The notes below the pieces were generated by a model, which saw only the letters and a program-made list of their open reading frames with translations, was not told where the DNA came from and did no database searches. A stretch of 61,011 nt of DNA, counting the filler, from Vannella sp. (lineage: Eukaryota): NCBI GenBank assembly GCA_023345925.1. It is 6 parts of 6 records of this genome, joined end to end, with 100 filler letters (N's around TTAATTAATTAA, not from the genome) between each part and the next. Parts side by side here need not be neighbours in the genome. Positions count along the whole stretch, not along the records: positions 16,218 to 35,406 come from JAJQQN010000482.1; 5 more parts are not named here. One strand, given 5' to 3'. A program made the translations under genes and the position numbers. This document shows positions 22,922 through 34,900 of this stretch, piece by piece (the stretch's first letter is position 1; every line of letters begins with the position of its first letter).

Positions 22922-24186
22922 ATGTCCGCTGACACGCCCCTTTTGATGATTCCTGGACCTACTGAGTTCCACGAGGTATGGAGGGACTCCTGGATATGAT
23001 ATATAAGTAGACTTATCAAAGGTCGATGTGTAGGATGTACTGAAGGCGATGGCACGTAAGGGAACAAGCCACGTTGACCCTGACTTTATCAACATCTTTG
23101 GTGAGGCTTTGAAGCAGACTCGCCACGTCTTCCTTGCACCTGATGGACAACCTTTCATCATTGCTGGATCTGGTACGCTTGGTTGGGACCTCACTGCTGC
23201 CAACTTCGTGGCTGCAGGAGAGCGCGCATTGGTTGTCAACACTGGTTCGTCTTCGCTCCCCGGCTTTCGGCTCTCTCTCACTCTTCTTAGGATACTTTGG
23301 CGATCGTTTTGCTGACTGCTTCGAGGTGTACGGCGTACCGACCGTCCAGGTGACAGTCGCCACCCCCGGAGACCGCCCCTCTCCCGAAGCCATTGTGGAG
23401 GCTCTCCAGAGGGAAAAGGACATCAAGTTAGTGACTATCACACACGTGGATACAAGCACAGGTGTTCTTATGAACCTGAAGGAGTGTGTGCGAGCCATAC
23501 GCCAAGTTAATCCGGATGTCCTCGTCGCTGTTGATGGCGTTTGCGCTCTGGCTGGAGAGGAGATGCGAATGACAGACTGGGACATCGACATCTACATGAC
23601 TGGTAGTCAGAAGAGTATTGGAGTCCCTCCAGGCCTCTCCATCACAGTAGTCCGCCCACGAGCGCTCGAGCGATTCGCAAAGTTGGTTGGAGAAGGGAAG
23701 AACCCTCGCAGCTACTTCGCCAGTGTGGCCAAGTGGCTTCCTATCATGAAGTCCTACGAGGCTAAGCAGGCCTGCTACTTTGCCACGCCCGCAGTCAGTC
23801 TTATCTGTGCTTTGAATGTCGGCTACACCATCCTTTTGGCCGAGGGAGGCATGGAGCGACGCTTCCAAGAGCACAAACAAGCAGCTACTGATCTCCGTAC
23901 TGCCTGTGCGCAGCTAGGATACTCGTTTGTGCCCCTCAAGGAAGAGTATTCTGCTCACACAATGACTGCCATTCGCTACCCAGCCCTGAAGGAGGGTATG
24001 GACACTGCTGCATTCCGTAATGCATTGAAGGACGCAGGGATTATCTGTGCGGGAGGCCTCCACGCTCAGATCAAAGATGAATACTTCCGAGTGGGCCACA
24101 TGGGCCTCAGCACCAGAGAAGTCGCTCACATGGCCAAAGCCATTGCTGCAGTGCGCACTGCCACCGCTCAATGTGCCAGACTCTAA
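22922..24186 (+). CDS. AGXT: Alanine-glyoxylate aminotransferase (class V PLP), PTS1 -ARL
   Basis: LLMIPGPT, GSGTLGWD, THVDTSTGV, DGVC, TGSQK (PLP Lys), YFATP, FRVGHMG. C-terminal ARL. Confidence 0.93.
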
Positions 24187-24357
24187 TTATCTACTAACAT
24201 TGACCTTACTCCAATCACTTTGCATTTGGATGGAACAGCGTTCTCTCCCTCACTGGTCAGCCCCATCCTTTCACTTCTTTGCGTGCAAGGATCTTCTGGA
24301 GGTACGTATATGGATATATGGTAACAGAGAGCGTGTGCCCTGTGGGAGGAGGGCGGG

Positions 24358-24819
24358 TTATTGGGGTTGCTCAGTAAGTGAGGGGCTTTCCTCTCGAAAG
24401 GGCTCTGTTTGGAGGACTCGGAGAGTTTCTTGCAAAGCCCTGGTCAGTTTGCGGAGTTTCTGCGCTTCTAAGAGAAGGGATGTGTGCTCTCTTCGGAGGA
24501 GCCTCTCTTGCCCTCTGAGAGAACTTTCTGTTTGAAGCAGAGGCCCGTTCTTCTGCCGGAGGGGCTTGTTCTCTTCGTACATCTTCGCAGCTGCAGAACG
24601 GACAACATCTCTATCTTTGGACAGTAGAGCTTCGGATTGCGTCTCCGGAACCTTCGCGCCAGGCTCGCTGTACTCGCGTGGATAGTTGCATGCGGTTCTC
24701 CACAGCAGAAAGCCTCTTCGCGATACATTCGAAAGGCTCAAATGCAAGGCTCTGGACGAGCTCTTTCTAGTGCGCAATGGGCGCTTCCTACCAGGAAGGC
24801 TCGAGATAGAAGCAGACAT
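24358..24819 (-). CDS. Small intronless leucine-zipper protein
   Basis: About 153-aa ORF with five Leu at exact heptad spacing. Aligns with the ORF at 30069-30482. Confidence 0.5.
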   Translation of the reverse strand: MSASISSLPGRKRPLRTRKSSSRALHLSLSNVSRRGFLLWRTACNYPREYSEPGAKVPETQSEALLSKDRDVVRSAAAKMYEENKPLRQKNGPLLQTESSLRGQERLLRREHTSLLLEAQKLRKLTRALQETLRVLQTEPFREESPSLTEQPQ

Positions 24820-25111
24820 GTCCAAAAGGAAAGAGGGAGGAAGCGATCCGGACTATTTCGATTCCGGACAGATTTCTTTGGACCTGCCAGCTTTTTGCGA
24901 ACATTTGCATAAGTCATGACCACAGAAACATTGCCTCTCGAGTGTCCCTATTGAGTGGTGTTTGTCATTGAGAATTGAACTCTCGAAACAGCTGGGAACA
25001 TGGCTAGATGACATGAACTCCAGTCCAGTGAAGAACGAGAATCTATCCGGAATCGAAAAAGTCCGGATCGTTTCTTTACTCTTTTCTTTCGGAGATTTCC
25101 GCTTCTCTCCC
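24803..25111. repeat. 72-bp imperfect inverted repeat (arms 24803-24874 and 25040-25111)
   Basis: Ungapped hand alignment gives 59/72 identity, with 29/31 in the inner part. Each arm has TCCGGA-N10-TCCGGA. Confidence 0.9.
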
Positions 25112-25130
25112 TTTGAAGAAAGCAGAGAAG

Positions 25131-26771
25131 ATGCCGGAGGAGCTTGCCGAGACAACAAAGTCGGAGTCTGATAATGTCAGCCTCCAACAGTTGCTAGAGG
25201 ATTCCCAGATGAAGACTTTCCAACATGATCTCACTCACTTATATCGGCTGAGTGTCCTGAATAGAAGTTATCATCTCAACCTTGAGTCCCTCTGGATCTC
25301 TCAAGGATACGAAAAAGCCCCCAAATCGGATGATCTGGCACTGACAATGAGTGCTACTGAGCTTAGCCAACTCCATAAGGAGGTCAAAGAGGCGCTTCCG
25401 CTCATCAGTCTCCTCTTTCGAGCTTCTGAAGGTGAAACTGGGCTGGTTGAGAAGAGCTTTATCCACCCTTTGGCGCATACTCTGTTCCCTTTGCTTACCA
25501 AGTACCTGCCTGAAAACGTTCGCCTGTTCCTGCCGCCCTTGTCCCCTCGAGCCCAAGCTGTGCTGCTAGCAGCACAGGAAGAGGTCAAGAACCAGTGTCG
25601 TGTGGACGCTGTCAAGGCAGCTTTCCGATCCAAAGAGCACTCCTATTCAGGAGCTCGAGACGCCTCATGTGTCGGAGGGACGGCCAGTCGTCATTATGAC
25701 GTCCACGGGGGCTTTTACTACTCTTCAGAGAAGGAGCTGCAACACCGACAAACTTGTATCGCCAGGAACATGCTGTTTCCTTTGAGGTTCCATCGAGGAC
25801 AGGACTGGGACTGGACAGAGCAGGTTCAGGGACTCATCAGTGACAGATCACACAGCCAATGGTTGGTGACACACGGACTAGCTGGTGACGCGAACGAGTG
25901 GAACTTCTTCCATTTTCGGAAATCTGTGGTTGCTGAGCACACCACCCGCCATTGCCAGGACATCCAATCCTTCGTTGACCTGCTTCTTGAGATCCGAGAG
26001 GTACTCCGGAACCAAGTCGAAAGCCTGAACCCAACGCTGCATTTGGCACCTCCCTCGTCACCCCGTTTTGGGCTTCAAGTTCGTAAGCTCATAAGCCTCC
26101 GCCTGGGCGGCTTTGTGTTGCAAACGCAGCGCAATGGCCTGCAGGAGGAGTTTATCGTCAAGATTGATGGCTATAACGGCTATCAGGAAGCCTTAATGGA
26201 GCAAGTGATCCGGAGGGAACTGGAGGACAACGGGATAGCTTGGAATCCTCTTAAACTTCAAGAATGTGAGCCTCTCAGCTCCCTGTCCGATTGCTTATGT
26301 TTGGAAGGCTCCGGAGGCCAGATTCTGGACGAGATGTGTTTGTGTGATCCCGAGAACTTTGCAGAAGTCCGTAATGCAGTCCATCGCGATGTCGCTGAGT
26401 CGCTGCGAACTCTTCACAATAGAAACCTTGTGTTTGGCAATCTCCATCCTGGAAAGATCCTGGTCGTCAAGACTGCTGAAGGTATGAAGGCATTCCTGAG
26501 CGAATTGAAGTCTATCCGGCCATTTGGACGCTTGCCTTCCGGAAAGCTGCCTTCTTGTGGGGATTGTCAACCCACACGCCATGGCTGTTGGAAGCACACC
26601 CCTTTAGCAGTCTGCAAGAGTTTCAGTCAACCAGCTGTTGGTGTGAAGACTATCTTGGGCACTCCATTCGACCTTTTCAGTTGGGAAAAGGTTCAGCTTT
26701 GGTTGGAAGAATCTGCTCCCCATGATGAGGGCAGATTGAATTGCATCTGTCTCTTTCGTTCGTTATCATAA
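25131..26771 (+). CDS. Intronless protein with a degenerate REase-like segment and a pseudokinase C-terminus (Crinkler-like)
   Basis: About 546-aa ORF. FIVKI..E, LRTLHNRNLVFGNLHPGKILV (catalytic-loop-like, Asp to Asn), no DFG. Upstream HGLAGDANEWNFF. Confidence 0.55.
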   Translation: MPEELAETTKSESDNVSLQQLLEDSQMKTFQHDLTHLYRLSVLNRSYHLNLESLWISQGYEKAPKSDDLALTMSATELSQLHKEVKEALPLISLLFRASEGETGLVEKSFIHPLAHTLFPLLTKYLPENVRLFLPPLSPRAQAVLLAAQEEVKNQCRVDAVKAAFRSKEHSYSGARDASCVGGTASRHYDVHGGFYYSSEKELQHRQTCIARNMLFPLRFHRGQDWDWTEQVQGLISDRSHSQWLVTHGLAGDANEWNFFHFRKSVVAEHTTRHCQDIQSFVDLLLEIREVLRNQVESLNPTLHLAPPSSPRFGLQVRKLISLRLGGFVLQTQRNGLQEEFIVKIDGYNGYQEALMEQVIRRELEDNGIAWNPLKLQECEPLSSLSDCLCLEGSGGQILDEMCLCDPENFAEVRNAVHRDVAESLRTLHNRNLVFGNLHPGKILVVKTAEGMKAFLSELKSIRPFGRLPSGKLPSCGDCQPTRHGCWKHTPLAVCKSFSQPAVGVKTILGTPFDLFSWEKVQLWLEESAPHDEGRLNCICLFRSLS

Positions 26772-27309
26772 ACATACCCCAGGACGGCTTTTCAATCTCT
26801 GAAAGTTTGCATGTTTCCTTTTCAATAAGTTTAGGCTGAAGATGATTGCTTAACCTTTCAGTACTCACTAGCAAGAGTGACAGAGCTGAGGAAGGCCTCC
26901 TAACGGGACCAAATACCAGGATTTTCAAATAGCTTCCAAACGTGTCCCCTGGAGCCTGGGGTTCGAATGCAGAATTCGGATTCTCGAAGAGAACAGGACT
27001 TGAAGTTCATTTAATTGGATTTGCACCGCGTTTGGGGCTCCATCGCTAATCTAGTGGATATCCCTCGTCCTCGTTCGGTGATCCTCGGTTGGAACCTTAA
27101 CAAGAAGCTGTCAGAGAGTCAAACTGGGACCCACTCGCAAACCCCCCGAACCACAATCCCAGAACCCGCTGGTATTAGTCGATGTCTATGTATTGGGCAC
27201 GAAGTCAGTCCTTGGAACATCAGAAAGGCCAAAGTTTATGGATATCTCATCAGCTAGACAATAGAACTTGAAAGTTTGGAGCGTGAAGAAGCTTCTCAGC
27301 AGGAGAGAT

Positions 27310-29804
27310 CTAGGATTCTGTACTTTCTGCGGTCCGTGAACGAGTGGAAGCGATTCCTATGCTGGCCCCCTTCGGAATTGCTTTCGGGTTGGTCCCTCGG
27401 TCGATGATGAAGATTCCAAAGAGTTTCGGCACAAACTGGAGCATCATTGTGGCAGTAAAGGCATAGAGAATGGCCACGGTTCGGAAGATCCACGCTAAAT
27501 AAGGATTGAAAGGTTGGACTGTCAAGAATACTGGGATGATCACCGCACAGAGAAAAGCGATATTGTAGATCGAGAACACAATCAATTTGCTCTCGTTGAA
27601 CTGAGAAGGTACCTTTCTTGCAACGAATGAAAGGACCATCCCTGCGACTAACAGTATAGCTGAATAGGCGACCAAGATAAAGAAGAATATTAGTCCCCCT
27701 GGAGGCCCAGTGAACCCTCCTGTGTCGCATACAAAATGTTCTCTTCCGTCTCTCGAAGCTAAATGGGCTGTGGGGGTCGAAACAATGAACCAAATGACTA
27801 AGATGATCAAAGCAGGGATCATCAAGATGGTCCAAAGGATGATTAACTCAAAGTTGCTGATTTGAAGTCGCCTCATCGGGAAACGAAAGATCCGCCACAC
27901 TCTGAACGTTCTCACAGAAAGGGCGGATATCAATGAAACGGCAGAGAGCCCCAAAAGCCAAGGCTGGAATCCACATCCAACCGCGTTAGGCTTTCCAAAC
28001 CAAGCAAAGATTGAACAAAGTCCAACAATAATGGAGAAGAGGATGAGCAGTAAGAACAAGGGCGAGGCTGCTCGTAGTCGTCGGTACTTTAAGATGTATC
28101 CAAAAACAATCACAAAGATAACCATCAACAAGGCGAAGAGAATCATTAATCCAGTGACAACACCAAAGCCAATAAAGATGCCAAGGTAAGAATGACTGCA
28201 ATCTGAATACTCGTCAGATAGATTTTGACAATCGATGAAGTTGTCGCAGTGATAATCCTCGTTAATCTCGTCGATGTCTCTTCCATCAGGCTTGTGCAAT
28301 TTGATTGTCTTTCCAGTTTGGTCCGTTCGCATCTCCTTTCTGTGACAAGACCAGTAGTCAAATGGAGGTCGGATATCCAAGTCAGGAACTTTTGTTGAGT
28401 TGTCGTTCCAAACTGGAGCAGAAGTTTCGAAGTAACCAGTCTCCGGAAGCCAAATCCCGATGTTTTCAAATGCAGAGCTAGTGGAGTTCCAAGAGAGAAC
28501 TTGGCTTCCCAGAGTCCGATCGCCATTACTATCGAGAAACACTGACCCAGTCACTCCTTCGAACCGAACTTGGCGAATAGCTTCCGTCCACTGCTCTGGA
28601 GGGATGCGAGATTGGTCCAATAGCCCTCTTTGATCCAGATAATGAGCCGCCAATCCAGCAGCGTACATCATATCGCGAGAAAAGAACTGATAAACAGTAG
28701 GTGGAATCACTGTACCTGGAAAGGTGACCTTATCTGCCTTTTCCCAGCGATTGAGAAAACCAGCAGTCAATGGAGATGAGTAGTTGAGGTACACAAAGCT
28801 CCCCAAGAGACCCTGAGACTCTCTGGTCAGATTGAATTGTGGATCATTTGTGGGAGGGAAAGCGACAATATAATCGGATACCAACCAAACGTATTCTGGT
28901 CCAATAAGACCTGCTTTCAGTGCTTGAGGCGCGATATCGGCCCATGAATAGAACACAAAAGCGACAATTACACGAGCGCCTGATGCCTTGATCTCGCGCA
29001 TCTCAGTCTCCAACGATGGAGTAAGAATCCTAACAAATTGACGAAAAGCTACAACGCGAAGCGGGCCCCCACTAACTAACTTAACGAACGCCTTTGCAAT
29101 GTCCAAGCCTGCCTCCTCAGTCGTAGAGAGCAAAGCAATGTCGGTCCAACCCGGTCGTCGCTGCCCGTAATGGAGAATGATATCTCGTACAGTCTCAGCC
29201 TGATAAGAGAGCGAAGGGTACACGCGAGAAAAGTTGGGATACTGCCGCTTGTCGGATAGCCTGGTTATCCCAATCGTTGCTCCTAACTCAGCTATACCGT
29301 AGACAGTTTCAGCCACCGTTGTGGCTGCAGTGGTGTCAGGAAGGAAGTTTCCGGTTATCAAAGTTTGGTTCTTTGAATCTAAAGCAATCACCACTTGGAC
29401 TGCAATCTGGCAGCTGTCAGGACCTTCACTCTTAGTGCTAAGACTTACTGGGGCAGAGCTGTAGTGAGAATACTCTTTCAACTTGAGCTGGGTATTGGGG
29501 AGGAGAGAGGGATCCGCGTTGAGATCATCAATGGCGAACTGAGCCGCTAGAGGGTCTCAGTTGCGAAGAGACTAAGACCCTAGAATGGGGAGTGCTCACC
29601 AGCAAGCAATTGGAGATGGCTCAAACGGCCTTGCTCTCCAACAAGTTTGGGCCCTGTGGAAGCATCGAAACCAAGAAAAGGAATCTCAAACTCCAACGGC
29701 GATCCTTCCGCAGCCATTATCGCCAAACACCCAAGAACAAAGGCTGCTCCTCTTGGAAACCCGATGAACCCACAGAGCTGGCCAACGACTCCTCTCTGTG
29801 GCAT
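27310..29804 (-). CDS. Class C (GABA-B/Grl-like) GPCR: Venus-flytrap domain, LDLa-like module, 7TM
   Basis: VFT: LSDKRQYPNFSRVYPS, FEGVTGSVFLDSNGDR. 7tm_3: ASPLFL, RTFRVWRIF, FNESKLI..IYN, FVPK. Start is approximate. Confidence 0.9.
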
Positions 29805-30068
29805 ACGACGAAATGCTCCCAAGAGTGCAAGGAATGGTTCCACTCTTGAACCTGATTTGTAAGAACATTCACGGAACAATAACCATTTATGGAGTCTCAC
29901 GCTCTGATTGGCCGAAAGCGATCGAGAGAATTCAGGTCCGCTGGACTTCGTTGATAAGTGCTTCGAAAATCGACTGGCATTAATGCGAATGATGAATTTA
30001 TATGTTTTTAAGATGGCTGCTTTTCCCAACAAGAAGTGGCTGATTGTTTCGTCCAGTGATTGGTTGGT

Positions 30069-30482
30069 TCATGGTTCTTTCTTTGGGAGTAGAGGATCAG
30101 TCCTACGGAGAAGGGAGATTTGGTGCTCCAACAGCTGGTTCTCTGATAGGACTTGATTGTTCCTCTCTCGAAGCCGGGTAATGGACTCGGTCAGGGACTG
30201 TATGCTCCTCTTTCGAGAGATAGAGCCCTTCCAGAGTGACTCGTTTTGTTTGCGAAGATCCCTCTTTTCATCACGCAGCAGCTGGGCTACACTCCGCACC
30301 GTTTCTATCCTTCGTGAGGACAAAAGACGAAGCAGCTTGACCGCCGAGGCAGTTGCGTGGGGCGATTGCCACGGCTTCTGTTTGTTCTTCCCATCTGCCA
30401 TCCTCTGCCTCTGTCCAACCCCAGAAACATCCAACATTGGTCTCTCAAAGGAAGCTAAAGTCCAGGAAATGATCCGAAACAT
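30069..30482 (-). CDS. Small intronless leucine-zipper (bZIP-like, degenerate basic region) protein
   Basis: Heptad L-L-V-L-L with Asn at a-positions, preceded by RKR. Start could be 30482, 30437 or 30401. Confidence 0.55.
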   Translation of the reverse strand: MFRIISWTLASFERPMLDVSGVGQRQRMADGKNKQKPWQSPHATASAVKLLRLLSSRRIETVRSVAQLLRDEKRDLRKQNESLWKGSISRKRSIQSLTESITRLRERNNQVLSENQLLEHQISLLRRTDPLLPKKEP

Positions 30483-30600
30483 CCAAAATGGCTCTTTCAG
30501 TACTTTCCTACAACTAATAGAGTCATTTTGCGGGAATTAGAATTGGAAGCAATTGATTGGGAAAGGTTCTTATCTTCAGTTCACTCTTCTTCCGCCTTCG

Positions 30601-31618
30601 ATGGGACCCGACCAATACACCAACACCCACAAGATGGGAGCCACTCCTGTTCAACAGCAAGGCTCAGAGTGGGAGGATACAGAACATCGCATGGGAGTAC
30701 GTTGAATGGGGAAGGGAAAGGAGGGAGGGAGGGGAAGAGCGCACCTGCTCACCACTGCCTTTGCTTGATTAGACTTCTATCATGGCTGTGCAGTTTGAGG
30801 GTGGAGTAGTCCTTGGCGCAGACTCGCGAACAACAACAGGTACGCCTTATTTGTTCCTTTCTATCACCCCTCTCACCACGGTACCTTCCTCAGGCTCCTA
30901 CATCGCCAACCGCGTGTCGGATAAGATCACGGAAGTGCATGACCACATCTTCTGCTGCCGTTCTGGCTCTGCAGCTGACACACAAGCGATCTCAGACATT
31001 GTCCGCTATTACTTGGATATTCACAGGTCTGCACTGCAGCGAGGGAGGCGATGGTGAGCTGATAGTGGGCTGGATCATGTAGTGCGCAAATGGAGGACAC
31101 TGTTGATGTCCATACGGCTGCTACACTCTTCAAGAAGCTCTGCTACGACAACAAGAACTCCGTGAGCGCTGGGATCATCGTAGGAGGCTGGGATAAGACC
31201 GAAGGAGGCTCTGTGTATTGCATTCCTCTTGGTGGTGCTCTGGTGCGTCAACCCTTCGCCATTGGAGGCTCTGGATCGACCTACATCTACGGTTACTGCG
31301 ATGCGCACTACAAAGAGGGAATGACCCGCGAGGAGTGCCACCAGTTCGTCCGAAACGGTATGTACTTCACTCTCCCAGTGCTTCCTTTGCCACGCGAAGA
31401 GGATCTGATCGATTTCACCAGCCTTGGCCCTTGCCATGTCTCGTGATGGCTCCAGCGGTGGTGTCATCCGCACAGCCATCATTGACGAGTCCGGTGTAGA
31501 GCGATTCATGCTCCCTGGCAACCAACTTCCCCGCTTCTACGGTATGTCCTGGTTCATCCTTCTCCCTCTCGCTCTCCCTTCAAGACCACTCGCTCACTCC
31601 CTCTCAGAAGACAACTAA
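30601..31618 (+). CDS. PSMB6: 20S proteasome subunit beta-1, multi-exon
   Basis: Propeptide ...HRMG, then [55 protein letters not shown]. Confidence 0.96.
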
Positions 31619-31925
31619 ACGGCAACCAAGTCCACCGACTCTCTATAAACAGAGATTCACGATCCTCTCTCGAACCAGGAAGGAGTTGGAAAAGGGCGGG
31701 AAAAGTGGAGAGGAAGAGGCGGGAAAATCGACGCCGTTGACGAATGGGCGGGAAAATGGCCCTTCGTTTGGTCTGTAATCGAACGTTGGTCATTCTCAAG
31801 CCTACCCTTGTCCGAGTTCACAACCGGAGTCGTACGCAGCTCGCTTATTGAATCATAATCGACTGCTCCTTGCTCCCACTTGAACTCCTACACCCCATTG
31901 ACTACACTTTGAGTACCCACACACC

Positions 31926-34900
31926 ATGTCAGTCACCTACGGACGTATCTCCGTTATCAAACGGACCGGTGAAGACTCTGGCATCGAAACCGCCATCACC
32001 AACAAAGGAGTCTGCATTGGACGTGATCTCACCTGCGAGATCAGGGTCCAGATGCCTCGTGTCTCTCGCCAACACTGCCAAGTAGTCGTAGAAGGCCCCA
32101 ATGTCCTGCTTCGCAACCTCTCGAAGAACTCCATCGTCATCAACTCCAACAAGCTCGGTCGGGACCAGAGCGTTGTCCTCGCTGATGGAGACTCTTTCTT
32201 CGTCATTGACCGAGAGTTCCGCTTCTTCAGTGCTGAGAGCAAGGAGAACATTCGCTCTCACCCCATGAACGAGACTACCATGAACGACGCTGGCTCTCAA
32301 CTCAAGCTAGAGACGGATCCCGTCACCAAACAGAGGAGGATCTCCATCGAAGTCCCTATGGCTCCACGTAGCAGCCTTGGCAAGCGCTCTCGCGACTCCA
32401 CAGCCCGACAAAGTGGACGCCTTTCACAAGCCGAGAAGGTTGCTCGAAGAGAGTCGAGTGGAGACGTTGCCGGAGTTCGTAAGCTTGTTTCGATGTCCCC
32501 TGTCCAACCTTTGGCCTCTCTGAATGATTCTCCCTTCCACATGTTCAGCAACGCCTTCAATCAGCGAGCCAGCGCCATCTCCTTGATCGATCCTGACAGC
32601 TCCATGGAGATGGGAGATGCCATTGAGGAGGAGGACCACATGCTCGCATACTCCGTCAGCGAGGAACAAGAAGACCAAATCAAAGACCCCAACCTCGCCA
32701 TCAAGTCAGGAGATCTCGTCTTCAGCGTCGGACAAGTCGTCAAGAAGCAGGTCGGCACTGCTCGCATCTTCACTGCTCGTACGCCAAAGCCTGTTTGCCC
32801 TACTGCAGGTCGACCTTCCTCTATCCTTAAGAAGGCTCAAACCGGTGGACGCCCCACAAGAGCAGTTCGCGTCTCGTTTGCTTCGACGGACAAGGTTCTC
32901 CTCACTCCGATGAACCGCAACTCACAGCAAACGCCCATCATTTACACAACCCCCTGCAAGACACGCAGTCCCCTCAACAAAACAGAGGAGCTTCCCATCC
33001 TCAACCGCGTTCCCGACGAGTTCCGCGATGATTCTGAGGATCTCAGCTGCCCTACTCCCTTCGAGGGAGATGCTGATGACTACGAAGATGAGTACGAAGA
33101 TGATGACGAGCTGGACGCCCAGCAAGAAGGCATCAGCCCTTCCATGCTGACCTCCTTCCTCGCACAACACCCCAATGCTCACTCCGAGTCCTTCGGCGAC
33201 GACCTTATGGCAGAGGATGATCAACTATTTGATGCCCCAGAAGGCCCTGACGGTGAATCAGACGCTCGCCTCTTCTCAACACGCTCCCGCAACCTTTCGT
33301 TGCCTTTAGTGCCTTCCATCCAAGTGGCTCACAGCCGCTTCCAGTCCGTGGGAGCCACCAGCCAACTCCCTATCCCCTCCGCTACGGTCGATATGGAAGA
33401 AGAGCTTGTCAATGACCAGGATCTGGAGACAGACATGACGCTCGTTGCCTCTTCCATGAAGTCCTCGTCCAGTCGCCACGACCTGAAGACCCTGCATCTT
33501 GATCCTTTGACCCCGTCCGACAACGAATGCACACCAATCCAGTCCCGCATGCCCACTGGAAGCATGTCCACTGGCAGAGCGAACACGGTCAGGTCCATTC
33601 CTTTTTCCAGTGCCAAGAAGGTCTCGGCTGCCGCCACCCCCATCCAAGGAGGTGCTAAGAGGGTGCGCCGAGCGCAGTCAGCAGCTGCCCCATCAACAAT
33701 TGATATCCCGTTGCCAGTGGCTCTTCCATCTCCCAAGCGGTCCAGTATGAAGCCCATTGCTGAGCGACAGGCCACGCCTGCTCGCCGTGCTCGTCCGTCA
33801 GAGATCGAGATGGATGATATGGAAGATTCCCCTCCGATCCTGTCTCTGTCTCTGCCCTCTCCTATTCCGTTGGAAGAGAAAGCGGACATGGCCTACACAC
33901 CCATGGAGTTGTTCTCCACCAAGAAGAAGAGATCTCGCCGCTCATCGACTCAGTTCATGAGTGGCAACACACCTAAGACTTCCAAGTCTGTCCCCAGCTC
34001 CCCCGCCCGCGTGAGGATGGACAAGCGACCTCGCCAAAGCATGGCCCCTGCCATTCCCGCTGCTGCCCTCCCTGAGTTGGAACAAGTAGAATCCACTGAA
34101 GAGCAGAACACAACTACCGAGCCTGAGCCCATGCTCATGCCAATGCCTCTGCCAGCCCTCTTGGCCATTGACCAGACCATGGCCACTTCTATTGCACTGC
34201 CCGATGTTGCCTTCATGTCCCCTATTGCAGGTCTCCCTGTTACTGCTGAGTCTCCCCCTCCCTCTACAGAGACGCATGTGGATGCGTTTGCTACTCCAGA
34301 AGCCCCCAAGCTGACCTTCCGACAGTCTCTGGCAGCCACTCCCAGCCGCCTGGCCAACATCCTCAACACCCCCGTTCGCTTGCTGAGTGCCAAGTTCTTC
34401 TCCTCTTCTGCAGAAGAGTCTCAACAGGAGGTTCTGTTCCGCCTGTGGAAGGAGCTGCGCAACTACCTCCGAGAGGACAACAATCCCACACTCCACGTTA
34501 CCCTTTACGAGTCTCCTGCTGCTGGCATCATCAGCATGACTCAGATGTATGACAACATCCACAGTGGCAAGTACAAGGCCATCAGCGACCTGGAAGAGGA
34601 CTTCAACGCATCCTTGGCCAGCTTGAGAACCTCTCAACCCGAGCTGGCTCAGACATTAGAGCGTCTTAGCGAGTTTGCAGCAGACTTGTTCTATCAGACA
34701 AAGCCACAGGATGACAGCAGCGCTGTGGAGAGTGAAGAAGAAGTCACTGAAGGGTACCTTTGGAATGTCCAACCCCAGACCAAGTCCGCGCCTGCCAGTC
34801 CTTCCCCAGCTTCGGCTTCTCGAATGGTTCAACTCATTGAGGAGAGCCGCCAAGCACCAGAACCAGAGGACTCCGAGTTCTCTGAGGCAGTGGAATCTGC

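Noticed and set aside
26958..26969. B-box-like GGTTCGAAT
   Set aside because: No cloverleaf, paired T-stem or A-box could be built around it.
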